This document shows positions 38,461 to 52,000 of a stretch of 64,000 bases of DNA, piece by piece. The translations under genes and the position numbers were made by a program. Under the pieces are notes generated by a model. It saw nothing but the letters and a program-made list of their open reading frames with translations. It was not told the DNA's origin and searched no databases. Each line of letters starts with the position of its first letter. Within the stretch, counting starts at the first letter, position 1. The stretch comes from Amphiscolops sp. MND2022 (taxonomy: Eukaryota): contig OZ076409.1 of NCBI GenBank assembly GCA_964187785.1, forward strand, positions 9,302,001 through 9,366,000. The letters are read 5' to 3'.

Positions 38461-40406
38461 ATTTTGTGTTTGAGTATTTTGAGCTGGGGTATATGCTAAG
38501 ATTGGTATTTCTGTTCGTATTATTGGAGTTGTTGTTTGAAATTGTACTGTATTTGTGATTTGGGTAAGAGAAGATCCTTGTTGAGGAAAATTATGTGTAG
38601 TAGTTTGAGGAGAATCTTATGAAGGAGGAAGAGGGTCATAATTTGGTTATATGGGTTGTTGTGGTTGAAGTTCTGGAGTTGTAAGAGTTTTTGATGTGGT
38701 TAGGGTAGAGGTATTGTACTGGCTTGTATTATGAATAGTGTCCGTAGGAGTTTGATCAATAACGAGGTTTTGTGTTATGTTGTGAACAGGAATTTGCACT
38801 ATATTTGAATGATTAGTTTTTGTAATACTTTGTTGGTTATTTGTAGTTTCGTTTCCTCAGATAATTCTGATACATTTTGTATTGTAGCTGTTTCAGAAGG
38901 GTCTGGTATTTTGTTGAAGTGTTGAGTTTCTCGAATTTGAAATAATTCTGTAGTGCCATCTTAATTGGTATGTAAAAGATCCTGTCCAGTATCATGTTGT
39001 AACACATGAGGACTATGTTCATCAGGTAAAGGTTCAGAGATGAGATTAAAATTAGTATATGGTCGATTATCTGATGTTTCAGAATGTTCTATAATGGAAT
39101 TATTATCATAGTTGATTAGTTCGAAATGAGTTATGTTAAATGAGGTAGGGTCTCTGTAGTGTACATGTTTGTTTGTATTACTAATTATGAATGGTAAAAG
39201 TCTAGTTTTTGATAGTACTTGAGGAAAAATAATGAATGCGTTTTGATCTTGTTGTTTCCATTACAATTGGGAACTAAATCGGAAAAAAGTCAATCGAAAG
39301 TGTCAAAAGACTTTTATTTGAGGTACTGTATCTTCATTAAGTATAATAATTTGAAAGAATCTGTATCGCAATTGTTTATATTGTGCTATACCTTGTTGTA
39401 ACCAATGATGAGGATCATTATGTCGTGATATCGTGGTTTCGAGATCTGGTACTTCAAAATATTCATGTTTCTCTTTGAGACTTTCCAGGTGAGAAAGAAG
39501 ATATACTGGTATGTCTAGGTTTTCATTATGTTCTATAAGTTTGTCCATGTAAGTAATGAAAACATCTTGTACAGATAAAGCAATATTATGTGGGTGAATT
39601 GTTCTATAGTATGTACCTGTATTTATACCTTGAACTGGGTTAAAAGTAATTTCAAAAGGATTTTGTGAACGCAAAGATTCTAGTGTCTTGTATCGGAAGT
39701 AATTGAAGTAAGAATAATATTGTTCTCTTGCCAAAGGAATAGTATGTATATTGCGAGGTTCTGTTTCAAATGAGAGTGTGTTTGTGTACTAAAATATGAT
39801 GTTGTTTAAAAATGAGATTACATCTTGAGGTAAAGAACGTTTTTGACGTTGATCGGTAGATAAAAAAAAGGAGGAGGAAGCCATGTGTTATTACATTACT
39901 AGATAGAATAATAGATCTGCCATAAAGGGTATATGTATTGTATAAGAATATTTTTTTGTATTAAAAGTGGAGTTATATGGTAAGATTTGATCAACAAAGA
40001 CAATTTGGAGGAATATTGTAAGTACTGTACAAAAAAAGATAAGGATTTTCAACGGATTATAAGTTATAAGTGTAGAAAAAGTATGGCATATACTAAGTAG
40101 TCCAAAACGTGGTAGTATTATACTTGTAAACATAAAGAAGATAGTTATATATTAGAACTTAGGAACAAAAGGTACTAGAAATATTCAAAGAAAAGAGCAA
40201 TACCAGCGAGAAAAGCAAAAGCGAACCAAAGAAATATGATGAACTTAACTATATCATCAGCTGAAGGCATTTATTTATGGAGTGAAAAATTGTGTTCAAA
40301 AGTTGTATAATAATATGTACTATAGTGAAGTGTATAATAGATTACTTAGGATTTGAAAGTTTTTTTAGTTAAACTAGGTTTTTATGTAAAATATTTGGAT
40401 CCGCCA

Positions 40407-40868
40407 AACTTTGTTTTGGAAATGTGTTGTAGTTAGAATGTACTGGAAATTTTCAAGTGAAGATGTGTATCAAAATGAAGTGTTGTAGTTTTATGTTTTG
40501 TAGGTGTGCCAACGTTAAAATTGATCCAAGCGGCTAGAACCAAAGTATTTTTAGCAAGAATTGCTGGATAGCACTGTAGAAAGGCCAACACGTATCGCAC
40601 GTCTGCGGTTGGAACGGAAAGAAGAGAAGAAATTACCAACAAGAAATCACTCAATGTTGGTTGGAACGAAAAAATTTTTTCAACTGACAGGAATTACGTT
40701 AATGACGCAGTCAGAACCGAGACATTTAACTGACAGGAATTACGTTTTAGTACGCAGTCAGAACCGAAGAAAGTTGACTGACAGGAATTACGTTTTGTTA
40801 CGCAGTCAGAACCATAGCAACACGAATTAATTTCATATGAAATTGGTTGCAACGTTGAGTTAGTAACT
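40407..40868 (-). repeat. Candidate 5' LTR of element B, with three ~47-bp tandem repeats (40683-40813)
   Basis: Begins AGTTA on the minus strand (errantivirus-like end) and is followed by PBS-like TGGCGGATCC from 40406; ACTGACAGGAATTACGTT...ACGCAGTCAGAACC three times. No second copy to confirm boundaries. Confidence 0.5.
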
Positions 40869-40897
40869 GTGTACTATACAGAAAGGAGGAGAGACTG

Positions 40898-42096
40898 TGT
40901 AATAATCCTCTTTTGAAGCTATTATTCCGTCTTCTAAGTTCAGTTCGTTTTGGTACAATGATTTGGCTGGATGTTTCAAGTCTTTCATTTTTGAAACTCT
41001 GAGAGGATTATCGTCGTTTTCTGATTCTGGATTTTTGTTTTTAGATGCGCGAACTCCTTTAGACCTCTCATGTTTGGATCCCGAAGGTCTTTTGCAATAT
41101 TACTTGTCTCCTGTTTCTTCTTTTCCCATCTTTGCTCAACAGAAAATATGTTCTGGCTTTTTGGGGGAAGAATTTGAATTGTCTTGAAGTATTCCGAATA
41201 CCAAAAGATATTCCAAAGAAACGGTGCAAATGTTGAAAGGAACTGCTTTTACAGTTTAGTTAGAGTGATGATTACAGCAATTGATCACGATGAGGGTCAA
41301 AATTGGAATGAATATTTATGCTAAAGTTATTTTACTTCAGAAAATTGGGAGCATGACACTTCGTTTTAGAGGAATCACGCTAGCCTGGGAAGCAAAAATA
41401 GAATAGCATCATCATTACGTCAGGGTATTTATATCGCATTCAAAACTGATGAATAGGTCCAATAAAACCTTGGAAAACTTCATTAGAGACTGTCAAGCGC
41501 GTACTCGGAAATATAATTGAAATGTATAACGTCACAGCACATTTTGAATAGTTATCATGCTAAAAACGCATACTGACGCATACTCGTCTGTACTCAATCC
41601 GCATACTGCCGCATACTCTTCATCTGTAATCCGCATACTGCCGCATACTTTTCATCTGTAATCCGCATACTGCCGCATACTCGTCTTTACTCGATCCGCA
41701 TACTGCCGTATAGTCGTCACACCTCGATCCGCATAGTAACGTATAGTCGTCACATCTCAATCCGCACAGTGACGTATAGTTTGTTCAAGTTCCACATATT
41801 AGCATAAATTTAGCTCTCACAAACTGTGACCAAGAATTATGAGTCAGATCAGTATCTAGTGATGAATGAAATTTACGCTTCTAATACTTCAAATGTATAA
41901 CAATGTAAAACAGAACTCAGTTTGAAATAAGAACGACGAATATGAAATTACATGACTAAGGTATGATGTTAGGGGGATTAGTTTATAGTTCTTGTTGAAC
42001 AAGTAAAGTTGATAATCTGCTAAAAAGCGGGTTTCGCAGTTTCTAGTTTCCTTACAAATTGCCCCATGGCTCCAACACAACAGTGGGGTTGTGACA
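40898..42096 (-). repeat. 3' LTR of element C
   Basis: Starts TGTCACA and ends TTACA on the minus strand; shows the empty site of the BEL insertion near 41547-41551. Confidence 0.9.
41566..41780. repeat. 32-33-bp minisatellite (CCGCATACTGCCGCATACT core), 7 units, inside the LTR
   Basis: Units counted directly. Confidence 0.9.
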
Positions 42097-44071
42097 GTCC
42101 CGTACTTTCAAAGGAAAATAGAGCTGCAACAAACCCGTCGACCGAGGATCTGAACCTTCCATTCATGTCCCAGACTGTCTCCCCGTCGTAGGTAGTTGGG
42201 ATGGGACGTTTGCCACAGTGCTTCTATTCTTTTACAAGGGTCCCGCACTTGAAAAGTGCGTTATTAGTTCGATTCCTTTTGATTCTTTATTGCAGTATAG
42301 TATTGAAGTAAATTATTATTATTATGTGGAAACTTTTCAATTCTGAGGAAATCCAGCTGAGCTTGAAAGTCAAGAAGAAATTTATCGTCGTGGGGTTACA
42401 AATCACCAACGAAGACATCACTTGCGGAGTTCGGATGGGTTTCGTTTGGGTCATTTCCAATTTTGACAATTTTCTGTCATAAATTTTCCATTTGCCCGGT
42501 TTATTGAAGTGTTTGGTTTTTTGACTAGTCATTGATTTTAATGCTAAGCTGGCCAGGCTAGCATTGGAGATGTCCTCATTTGTTACAGACGACATCCTGG
42601 TTTCTTTTGGAGTATTTTCATACTCCCGAATTTAATTTGAAGCATTTTTCAACGCTTCGGGATTCTTGTGGAAGCACCTTCCAATACTTGCGGTATGAAG
42701 TAATTTCAGGCCTCCGAATTTCGATTGTCATTTCTGTTTTTGCACAAGAAATGAACTAACTTTGTTTCAGTTGAACTCGGTTGAGGTATCGTCAGGACGT
42801 TCACCCACTAGATTTTTTGCTCTTTTCACAAGCTGTATTAAAAAGTCCACATTTTTTTGAGTCCGACATATTGTTTCATCTAATCCGTCAAAACGAGGCA
42901 AGGAAAGTCAGAGAAGTTGAATTTGTGTCAGAGTTGTTTTTCAAGTTGTAGAAGTTTGAGAAAGTTGGGTTGGAATTAGGGCGTAAATCCTATTTGTGAC
43001 GTGTTTTTATGAGTTCTTGTTGGGATGGTTAAATTTGTGGATTTCTGTGTTTTTTGTGTTTGCTTATTTGTTGTTTTTTGGGTTTCTTTTTGGGTTTCTG
43101 AAGTAACTAAATCATTATCATGTGTTTGTTGGGTAATTTAATCGACATATTTTGTGTTCGGTTCAATAGGTTGATCCACTGGGCTCCCCACTACTGTTTT
43201 TTGAAATGATGAGGGTGGGAGGGTGGTTGTTTTTGCGTGAAACAGTAGTGGATACGAGTTCTTTTTTTCCAGTTTTTCCCTTGCTATAGCAATTTGATTG
43301 ACTGGATCGAGTGGTCTTGTTGTCGAATTTGACAAATTTTGGTCTACGTGGGATCCTATTGTGTCGTTTGGGTTTCGGGAACTTTGTCTATGGAGTTGTC
43401 GGTTGGCTCCTGTCACCATGTAATAATCCTCTTTTGAAGCTATTATTCCGTCTTCTAAGTTCAGTTCGTTTTGGTACAATGATTTGGCTGGATGTTTCAA
43501 GTCTTTCATTTTTGAAATTCTGAGAGGATTATCGTCGTTTTCTGATTCTGGATTTTTGTTTTTAGATGCGCGAACTCCTATAGACCTCTCATGTTTGGAT
43601 CCCGAAGGTCTTTTGCAATATTACTTGTCTCCTGTTTCTTCTTTTCCCATCTTTGCTCAACAGAAAATATGTTCTGGCTTTTTGGGGGAAGAATTTGAAT
43701 TGTCTTGAAGTATTCCAAATACCAAAAGATATTCCAAAGAAACGGTGCAAATGTTGAAAGGAACTGCTTTTACAGTTTAGTTAGAGTGATGATTATAGCA
43801 ATTGATCACGATGAGGGTCAAAATTGGAATGAATATTTATGCTAAAGTTATTTTACTTCAGAAAATTGGGAGCAGGACACTTCGTTTTAGAGGAATCACG
43901 CTAGCCTGGGAAGCAAAAATAGAATAGTACATCATTACGTCAGGGTATTTATATCGCATTCAAAACTGATGAATAGATCCAATAAAACCTTGGAAAACTT
44001 CATTAGAGACTGTCAAGCGCGTACTCGGAATTATAATTGAAATGTATAACGTCACAGCACATTTTGAACAG

Positions 44072-44385
44072 TGTTGCGGTAGCAATATCGTTAATTTAAA
44101 GCAAACATATATTAAGGCAGCTTTCCTAGCGGTAGAATACAAAGCCGGTACTTGACCGGCGTGGGTTCGATTCCCGGACATGTAAAATATTTTATATTTT
44201 GGAAATATCTCTTCGATTTTGGTAGAAATACTCTCGAAAACGCCTTGCTATTCAGATTAAAAAGTGACTCATATTGTGTGATCAAGTTTTGACTTGGCGG
44301 TTAATAGCACTAATTTCAACTCAACTTTCATTGTTATTTTAATTTTGATTGACAATACAATCTTTAGTACTTCTAAAGGTTTTCA
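44072..44385 (+). repeat. BEL/Pao 5' LTR
   Basis: Direct repeat of 52688-53002. Confidence 0.95.
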
Positions 44386-45109
44386 TGGTGGCCATAGAGA
44401 GGCCTCGTCATCAATTTCCCTCCTAAACCGCCAAACTTTCCAAGAAGCTTGAATATCGATTCAGAACACCCGCCATTCGTCCCCCCATTTGCCCCAAGTT
44501 CTGTTGACCCTTGATTGACCAATCGGATCCCTCTGCTGGAATTGAGTTGTTGCTGCAAGAAGATTAACGAGAATGAACCCGGCAGGGCCAACACGCTCTT
44601 TACTTTGAGAAACATCTTCTGGTTTATCCTCATCGTTAGTGCAATTCTCTTATTGCTGCTCCTGCTGTACGCAGATGCATGGAAACTTGGGATCGAGTAC
44701 AGGACGTGGATTTCAGAAGAAAGTAGTGGAAACAACAGAAATTAAAACTCTACTAAGAATGTCACTACGTGCGAACAATAAAAACTAATTTAACTATCTT
44801 CATCAAAAAAAAACTTGAGCTATATTTTAATTTGTGAGTTCAAGCGTTGCTCCTTCAATAGCGAGGCTTTTGATAGGAACCTTTGACTAAACACAACAAT
44901 TTTTCAATTCGAAAAAAAACCCATCTTTCGTGAACTGTCCGAACAATTCTTTGAAAAAAAATGTTTGAATAATACAACAAATTTTTGCATTGAAAAAAAA
45001 CTACTAACTTTGTGAGTAGTCAAAAAAGAAAATCTTCGAAAAAAAGTATTGTATTGTAAAATGTAATGGTGTTTATTTTTAATTGTCCAAAATTTGTTGC
45101 TAAAAGATT

Positions 45110-45601
45110 TTGCAAAAAAATGAGATCGTGATTTGGCACGATGTGCTGAATAATAGCTTGTCAAAACATAAAAGCAACAATTTTCGAGCGTCATCTGTTT
45201 CTGAATTACTAGATATTTTACGATCTCTAGAAAACAAACTCCGGGCTCTTGTGTATTGCCACCGAATTCGAACGCCCGACATTTCTGATAATTTAAAAAC
45301 GCAAAGCATTCCTGTTTTCCGAATGCAAACCGATTTCTTTTCGACAAGAAAACAAAATGATCCAAAAATTTTGAACGAATTGAAGGCAATACACCAAAGA
45401 CCTGAGTTTGAACTCAAGTCTTTGGACATCATTCTCCAAAAAGAAACCGATCTAGCGCAGATTACAGCCAAAAGTCGCCCTAAGCGACCAAGTAAACGTG
45501 CCCGTAAGGCTTTGAAGAACACTGCTTCAAATCAGAGTGAAGTTTCTTCCTCCCCAAAGGACTGTTGTTGTGACAGTGTCCAGACTTCATTGTCAGGTTG
45601 A
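45110..45601 (+). CDS. Extra ORF upstream of BEL gag, unknown function, 5' end disrupted
   Basis: 163-aa open frame with globular alpha/beta-like composition (IVIWHDVLNNSL, ALVYCHR) and a basic tail. Confidence 0.55.
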   Translation: MQKNEIVIWHDVLNNSLSKHKSNNFRASSVSELLDILRSLENKLRALVYCHRIRTPDISDNLKTQSIPVFRMQTDFFSTRKQNDPKILNELKAIHQRPEFELKSLDIILQKETDLAQITAKSRPKRPSKRARKALKNTASNQSEVSSSPKDCCCDSVQTSLSG

Positions 45602-46040
45602 AGTCGCAACAACTTTCCTCCAAGTTTTGGACTGTGTCCGGACTTGACTGTCCGGTTGACGTTCAAAACGACCGTTTCAATACCATAACTGCGTGTTCTT
45701 CATTACACTTGTCTTATACCGTCCTCGTAGTTCCTTAGTGCCTAATTTTAAACCAAAACAAAAAATTAACCGTCTTTCCAACGCAACATCCTCCGCAACA
45801 TTTTAAACTTGTAGATTTTGTACTTGTACATTTTGTAGTATCTTCTTTTGATCTGTCACTGTAGAATTTCCATTCTTTGACAACCGCATAGTTAACTTTC
45901 AGTATTGTGTCCGGACTTAGTTGTCTGGTTGATGTTCTGTAAGTTATTCTGCTGTTTTGAACATAATTTAGTGCTGGAAACACTATAATTCGTGTCCTAA
46001 TAACACACTACATTAATCCAAAAAGTTAAGAAAACATTCA

Positions 46041-49000
46041 ATGGCTGAAAGGATGCAAGAGAAGGTCGCCAAGTTGCATGATAGCCGCGCTAAAGCCGAA
46101 GCGGAGCTCAACAAGATCCAACAAAAGCTCAATGACGCCGTTGGAAATGCCGAACGACGTGTTCGCGTTGATCGATTAATCACCTCGTGTGAAGAAGCTA
46201 TGACTAAAGCCTTTGCAAAAAACGAACAACTCCTAGACTTAGCCAACAAATCAACCAACTCAGAGTCAGTGAAGCCAGACTTGGAAAAGTGGTTAAACGA
46301 CGTTACTGTCAGAAACGATGAAATACTGACGAAAGCTCGCGATTATCTGGAGAAATGTCTGCAAACCGACAACGCTTCGCAAACTTCAATAGTTCTGTCG
46401 ACGAACAAGACAAAGTCTAGTAAAGTTTCAAGCTCTCTTCGATCAAAGACGTCAAGTCAACGGCAAAAAGAGCTACTCCTTGCAAAACAAAGGCGTGAAG
46501 AAATTGAGAAGCAAAATGAAGCTACACTCCGACTGACTCAGCAAAAACAACATCTTGAAATCAAACGAATGCAGCAAGAACAAGAGCGTCTCAAGGAAGA
46601 ACTTGCACTTAGAGTCGCCGAGGTGCAGGAAGAGAACCGCAAAAAACTGGCTGAGGCGACACTGATTGAATTAGAACTTCAAGATGATCTGTCGGCGACA
46701 AACGAAGAATTCCAGGAGACGCTATCATTGTTGAGTGAGGAGAGCCACGAACATCAGTCAACCCGAGTTAACAACTGGGTTGATAATTCTCCCACTTTGA
46801 TATCTGCTACCAATCAACGTGCCCCTGAAACACCCATTGTTGAATCGAATCAGGAACAGACCGTTGGTACGCAACCATTGCCCTTAGCTGCATCTCCATC
46901 AAATGAAAACACTAGTGTATCAGCGCCTATATTTGTTACGGTGCAAAATAATGTTCCGCCCCAAACGGAAAACACCACAGGTACGGCTCCACTGTCGCTT
47001 ACAAAAACTGAGTCTTTGAACCACCCTAACAACACGTTTGCTAGTTTACCTGGCCAGCTTCCGCGTTTCCCCGGTCAAACTAATTTAACTGCTACTAACT
47101 CCGCTGCTACTGGTTTGTTTTCGAACAATGCTAGCACTTTGCAACATCCTTGTCCTTCAGTAAGTATCACTTCAGCACCGACAATAGCTCAGCCTCGACC
47201 TAATCCGATAGTCACACTTCCAGTAAATCACATTTTACCTAACTTGTCTGCCTGGAGTTTTCCGGATTCCAAATCCTTCCAACAATCAGCAGTCACCACC
47301 TCTGTAGTACCACCCCCCGCTACCAGCTTACCCACAGTCATTCCATCCAACAATAGTGTCTTATCTACAGCACAAGTTTTCCCAATAACGAATAGAGGAA
47401 CTGTTTACTACGTGCAGCCGACTGCCGTGATAACATCGACAGCAAACTGTAGTGTACCTCAAACTGTAAAAACGTTTCCCAGTGTTACTGCCCCTCGTTT
47501 TGTACCTGCCAGTTCGTTTACTTTGCCACAACCGCCTGTAAATAGTTTCACATTGCAAGACCTTGCACAGTTTTTGAGGTCGACGAAGAAAGACCATCTT
47601 CCTGAGTGGAAACTGGCACAGTTTAATGGCGACCCTCTTCAATGGCATGAATGGTTCGGCCATTTCAAGAGTGCCATTGATTCTTCTTGACTTACAGACG
47701 ACGTGAAACTCACTTACTTGAAGACACTGGTTACTGGAAAAGCCAAAACAGCAATTGCTGAGTTTGCGTACTGTGGGACAATGTACAAGGACGCACTGAA
47801 GTTTCTTGAACGAAAATTTGGCCAACCACAGACTGTGGTCAGTGCCTACTTGGACAAATTAGCGAATGTTCCTCCAGTGAAAATGCATAACAGCGAAAGC
47901 ATCATAAGTTATGCAGCTACAATTTGCTCCTTGGTTGGTGTTTTCCGATCTCTGAACTACGTTCAAGATCTTTCGAGTGCTTCATTGCTCGGTCAAGCGG
48001 TTCAAAAGCTTCCCCCGAACTTGAAAGAAGGGTGGTCAATGCATACGGTGAAGCGAGATTTGAGCCGACCGACTCTGATGGACTTCAATGATTGGCTGAA
48101 GGACAAAGCCGAAGCTCACGAGAGGATGAAAGCTTCCTCAGGAAAACCAAAAGTTGAAGAAACTCCAGCCGGAAACGTAACGGAAACCAAGACCAATTCT
48201 AAAGTGTTCGCTGCAACAACAACTTCCACTAAAACTACCTTCGCAACCAATCCGTCAACCCAGAAATTCCAAGTTGATTGTGTAGTTTGCAAAGATAAGC
48301 ATCCGTTGTGGCGATGTCAAGTGTTCAGAAAGAAGACTCCAACAGAACGAGCGAAAGTTGTTGCCGAGAACAAACTTTGTTTCTCATGCTTTAATGGACA
48401 ACACTCTTTCCGCAATTGCCCCCAGCCACGCAATTGCACCAAAGATGGCTGTGGAAGTACGCACAACACTTTGCTACATGGTGCAGAGAAGATTTTCCCG
48501 AGAAAATCTGAATCTGGGAAAGCGGGCAAAAGTGAAGCAACTACTTGTAGCGTAACGACAGCGATCCAAAAGAAAGACGAAGTCACCTCATGCCTCGCTT
48601 CCATCTCTGATGTGAAAGGATTATTACAAATAACGGAAGTGGAAGTGCAAACTTCTGAGAAATCTGCAAAAGTCTTAGTTTTGTGCGACTCAGCGTGTAG
48701 CCATTCTTGGATTTCCTCCGAGCTAGCTGACAAACTTGACGTGCGCGGCACGCCGACCAAACTGACTGTACACGGAATTAACTCCAATAAGGTTGTTGAC
48801 ACTCAAATGGTCGAGCTCAAGTTGACACCGGTTCATTCGGGTGGCTCTTGCTCCTCCTTTACTGTCAAACCTTATGTGCGAGATCAATTGACTATTGGAA
48901 ATGATGTGACTGACGTAGATGATTTGAAGACTCGCTATCCACACTTAGAACCAATCGCTCTTAGCAAGTACAGCTACACAGATGTGAAAATGATTCTTGG

Positions 49001-52000
49001 TAAGGACGTTTTCCACGCTATCCGCCCACTGGAGTATTTCGAATCCGACCGCCGAAATACCCCAGTTGCCGTCCGTTTACCGTTGGGCTGGGTACTGAGG
49101 GTACCACGGGTCTATTTTCGACATGCTTTAAAGCTGTTACTCAGAAAGAGCACGATTGTACACTCTCTGACCAACTCCGAAGGTGGTACGACATTGAGTC
49201 GTACGGCGCGTACAAACAAGTGGATTCCCGTTCCGCAACCGACGCGAGAGCGACAAAGATACTTGATGAAACAACATACCACGATGGGTCCCGATACCAA
49301 GTGGGTAAGTTGTGGGCCGACGACGAAAGTTGTTTACCGAACAATTATTTTTCTGCACTTATTCAACTGAACTCGTTAGAGCGCCGTCTTCAAAAAGATG
49401 CTGATTTGAAAACCAGTTATACGGAAACAATTAGCGACGATTTTTCGAAAGGCTATATTGTTCAAGTGGACGAAACCGATTGTTTGAAAGTTGACCAGCC
49501 CCGGGAATGGTATTTACCGCACCATCCGGTCGTGCATCCTCACAAGCCTGGCAAAGTCCGTAGGGTTCTTAATGGAGCCGCGAAATTTCATGGTCAGTCC
49601 TTGAATAGTGCTCTTCTAGCAGGACCAGATTTGCTACAGAGCCTAATCCACATTCTTTTCCGTTTCCGTCAATATCCTTTTGCTGTATCTGCAGACATCG
49701 AAGGAATGTTTCTCCAAGTTGGAGTTATAACACGTGACAGACCATCACTTCGATTTTTGTGGTGGGAGCACCCAGCAGCTGAAGTTGCTGTTTTCGAGTA
49801 TGTTCGGCATATTTTCGGCTCCAAAGATTCGCCAACTTGCGCTAACTACGCATTGAAACGGACTGCCACAGATAACCAAGCCAAGTTTCCAGATGCAGCA
49901 CGAAGCGTCCACAACAACTTTTATATGGACGATTACCTCGAATCAAGTCCAACAGCTATCGAAGCCTCAAACAAAGCGAAGGATCTTGTTAAAATGCTTG
50001 CTTTGTGAGGGTTTAAACTGACAAAGTTCGTGTCTAATGTACCAAGCATCCCCATCGAAGTAGATCCGAACAGCGACACCAGAATCACGGAAGAGAAAGA
50101 GATTCCGACTGCGGAGAAATTCTCGCACGTTCTTGGAATGGAATGGAATCACTCAACAGACACCCTAGTTGTTAGCAGAGGAACAAGTCCAAACACCGAC
50201 CGAAATGTCACTCAAAGGGTTGTTCTGAGTTTGGTATCCGCTGTATACGACCCAATTGGTCTCGTCGCGCCGTTCACCATCAAAGCGCGCCTGCTTTTGA
50301 AAGACATTTGGAGGCTCAGTGGCCAGCAGTGGGACGACAACTTGCCAGACGAAATTGTAACAAAATTCTTGGAATGGATCAGAGAGTTGTCAACTCTGAA
50401 TGAAATTACCATACCAAGAAGTTACTTCTGTCAAACTGTTGAGACGATTGAGCTACACGTGTTTGGTGATAGCTCACAAGATGCTTTCAGCGCAGTCGCT
50501 TTCTTGCGAGGAAAATTAATAAACGACCACGGTGTTGTGACGCAGCTAGCTTTCGTCTTTGGAAAAGCAAGAGTGGCTCCTATGAAGGCACTAACTGTTC
50601 CAAAGTTAGAGCTACAAGCCGCATTACTTGCAGCACGACTTCGCGCCGAGGTCCTCCGTGCACTGTCTGTGAAGATAGACAGAACTTTCATGTGGAGCGA
50701 TAGTTCAACTGTGCTTCAGTGGTTAACTTCTTTGGAAAAGCAACCCACCTTTGTTGCGAACCGAGTATGCGAGATTCTAGACTTACCAACTGTTGATGAG
50801 TGGCACTACGTCCCTACAGCTCACAATCCGGCTGATGCGGGCACACGTGGAATGTCTGCAACTGATCTTCTGAACAGTTATTGGCTGACAGGACCAGACT
50901 TTCTAAAAACATCCGACTTCCCTTTCAAACTCCCAGAAGAATTTGGTCAAAAAGTGAAGCTCAATAAAGGCGCTGATTCCAATAAAGTTATCGAAACCAA
51001 AGAACATCAGTGTACTACAATCACCGCAACAGTAACCGAAATTGCAACAACCTTCAAATGGCAGAGGTACAGTTCGTACGAGAAGCTTCTGCGCATTGTG
51101 GCTTACATGTTGCGACTCCTTCCCAAGAACGAATCCAAGCGCACTGAAACTGGATTTATTACAGACCCAACAGAACTCGACAATGCCCAAAAGAGATTGC
51201 CCAACCAGAGATGTTCTATCTGGTACAACTCGAGTCTTTTAACACTGAAAAGAAATGCTTGTTGAAGTCACTCCCCCTCAGCAAGTCTTCTAAAATTGTT
51301 GAATTTTCCCCTTTCATTGGACCTAATGGTTTACTGCGAGCTTCTGGTCGCACAAAACAACTAGATGTTGCCTCGTTTGACATGAAACACCCAATTTTAC
51401 TAGATAGCCGTCATCCCTTAGTTCGACTGTTCCTGGAGAACTTTCATATCAACCAATGCCACCAGGGTGTTGAATACCTAAGGGCTTTGATCCAGCAGGA
51501 ATACGCAATCGTCAAATTGAGACCAACCTTGAGATCAATTGTATCCAGGTGCATCACCTATTGTAAGCGCAAGGCTGAGACGTTAGCTCCCATGATGTCC
51601 GATCTTCCCCGGGAAAGACTTGCATACAGAGAACCTCCATTCCGCAACACAGGAAACGACTACTTTGGTCCCTTCTACGTGTCCGTGAAACGTTCTACTG
51701 AGAAACGCTGGGGATTCCTTTTCACTTGCCTGACTACTCGAGCCGTCCATTTTGAAGTTGTGCCGTCAATGGACACTAGTAGTTGTGTGATGGGAAATGA
51801 ACGATTTGCTGCCCGACGAGGCACTCCGTCAGTTCTCAGGTCCGACAACGGCACTAACTTTGTTGCAAGTGACAAAGAACTGTTACAGAACGTCAGAAAC
51901 TGGAATCAACAAGTCCTCACTGAATCACTTGTCAAGAAAGGAATCCAGTGGAAATTTAACCCACCCAGTGCTCCGCACCATGGAGGTGTATGGGAACGTT

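Larger units (their letters stand above)
28603..40868 (-). mobile_element. Element B: degenerate env-bearing Ty3/gypsy element; no 3' LTR seen
   Basis: gag, PR, RT, RH, IN and env in order on the minus strand; many stops and frameshifts. Confidence 0.9.

Noticed and set aside
41566..41780. CRISPR-like 32-33-bp periodicity
   Set aside because: The variable parts recur and are mutually similar; it is a minisatellite in an LTR.
40898..44071. Simple segmental duplication or assembly artefact
   Set aside because: Repeat edges coincide with the LTR end and PBS, and the copies differ by substitutions, repeat number and a TSD-flanked insertion; they are LTRs.
44116..44193. Functional tRNA gene, or self-encoded primer for the BEL PBS
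   Set aside because: No acceptor stem or normal anticodon arm, and its 3' end is not complementary to TGGTGGCCATAG.
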